Below, piece after piece: positions 63,139 through 64,000 of a stretch of 64,000 nucleotides of DNA. The position numbers and the translations under genes are program-made. Positions within the stretch are counted from its first letter, which is position 1; every line of letters starts with the position of its first letter. The notes beneath the pieces are model-generated. The model had not been told where the DNA came from and did no database searches. It worked only from the letters and a program-made list of their open reading frames with translations. This DNA is from Laetmonice hystrix. Lineage: Eukaryota. The stretch spans positions 1,860,001 to 1,924,000 of the forward strand of contig OZ249447.1 of the NCBI GenBank assembly GCA_965235115.1. The letters run 5' to 3'.

Positions 63139-63762
63139 ACTCAATGCGTTAATGTTAGCGAGGCAATTCCTTTTATCTCTGGTTACATGCTCTATGCGTT
63201 CCTTCTGATTGGTGTACGATTCACAAGACTCGCCATGCAGTGTCCCCTATCAGCTGGTTCCATACTAATCTAACAGACATTTTCCTGCTCGTTTTTCCAT
63301 TATTGTCTCTCCTGTTTCATATGGCTGAACACACAGACAGCACAAAGGACGTTCGTGCAGTGCCAGGCGGCCTTCCTGAGGCACGTCCAATACAAAGTCA
63401 GTTTATGATCCGGATGCTATGTTGATGAAATATAATGCTATCATATTGATGATTAAGGTCGCCGTTAGTGAATACTAGTGCAACGAAGGAGTAAAAATTC
63501 ACAGAGGATGCCATACAACTTATGTGCCTCTTTCCATCAAAGCCTAAATGTACATACATGCTATGCTGATATGGTCTTGTAGTTGTCTGTCCCTTTGGGG
63601 AAAAAGATCAAAGAATGTCGTCTTCGTGAGAGGCGTTTATTCAGTTGCTGCGTTCTCCGACTAGACAGGAGCCTTGCCGTCAGACGCGCAGGGACTCGCC
63701 GCCCGATGGCTGATCGTAAAGATTTAGGGTTTAGACTCGGACAACCCCCCCCCCCCCCCGGT

Positions 63763-63995
63763 GGGCAGCGGTGGCCGAGCGGTTGGAGGTGCTGACCGAG
63801 GGTCAGTTCGAACTGGTAACTCCCCCTGCAGGTCCAGCCCGCCCGGTGCTGCCGACTGGGTTAGCAGGTTGGGCAGGGGTTTACCTATAAGGGAACCCTT
63901 GCCATCGATATCGATAAGAGTAAAGCATTGTCCCGGTGGGCGGGTTTCCACTGCTTCATCATCACCATCGCCACCATCATCATCATACAACATCA
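63763..63995 (+). mobile_element. tRNA-derived SINE with (CAT/CAC)n tail
   Basis: A-box TGGCCGAGCGGTT, degenerate B-box AGTTCGAAC, simple-repeat tail at ~63955-63995. Confidence 0.6.
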
Positions 63996-64000
63996 TCGTG

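Overview
Metazoan (probably invertebrate bilaterian) genomic DNA, with two assembly gaps (1394-1598, 50776-50930). I can support two convergent, intron-containing genes. (1) On +, a class A GPCR most like prostanoid (EP4-type) receptors: exons 19595-21409 and 21865-~22063, with a ~345-aa third intracellular loop and a triplicated splice acceptor. (2) On -, a gustatory-receptor-like 7TM ion channel (GRL), reconstructed by eye from four exons (56027-54852, 54655-54581, 50737-50654, 43242-43111; 488 aa; three phase-0 introns). Its TM7 signature reads SYVVVLFKF instead of TYxxxxxQF. By my rough sum about 28 kb (~44%) of the window is made of more than 25 mostly unrelated minisatellite arrays (units 11-81 bp, 2 to ~85 copies). 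Also present are tRNA-derived SINEs, several MITE/foldback elements (Kolobok-, MULE-, Tc1/mariner-, Academ-, Harbinger- and hAT-like) and a cluster of CTCF-consensus motifs between the genes. Most long ORFs in the track are read-throughs of repeats. There is no CRISPR array, prophage or operon. I cannot claim a proven new system. The best leads are the GRL pore variant, the triplicated GPCR acceptor, the CTCF cluster and the apparently very active local tandem amplification. All alignments were done by eye; array ends are approximate.
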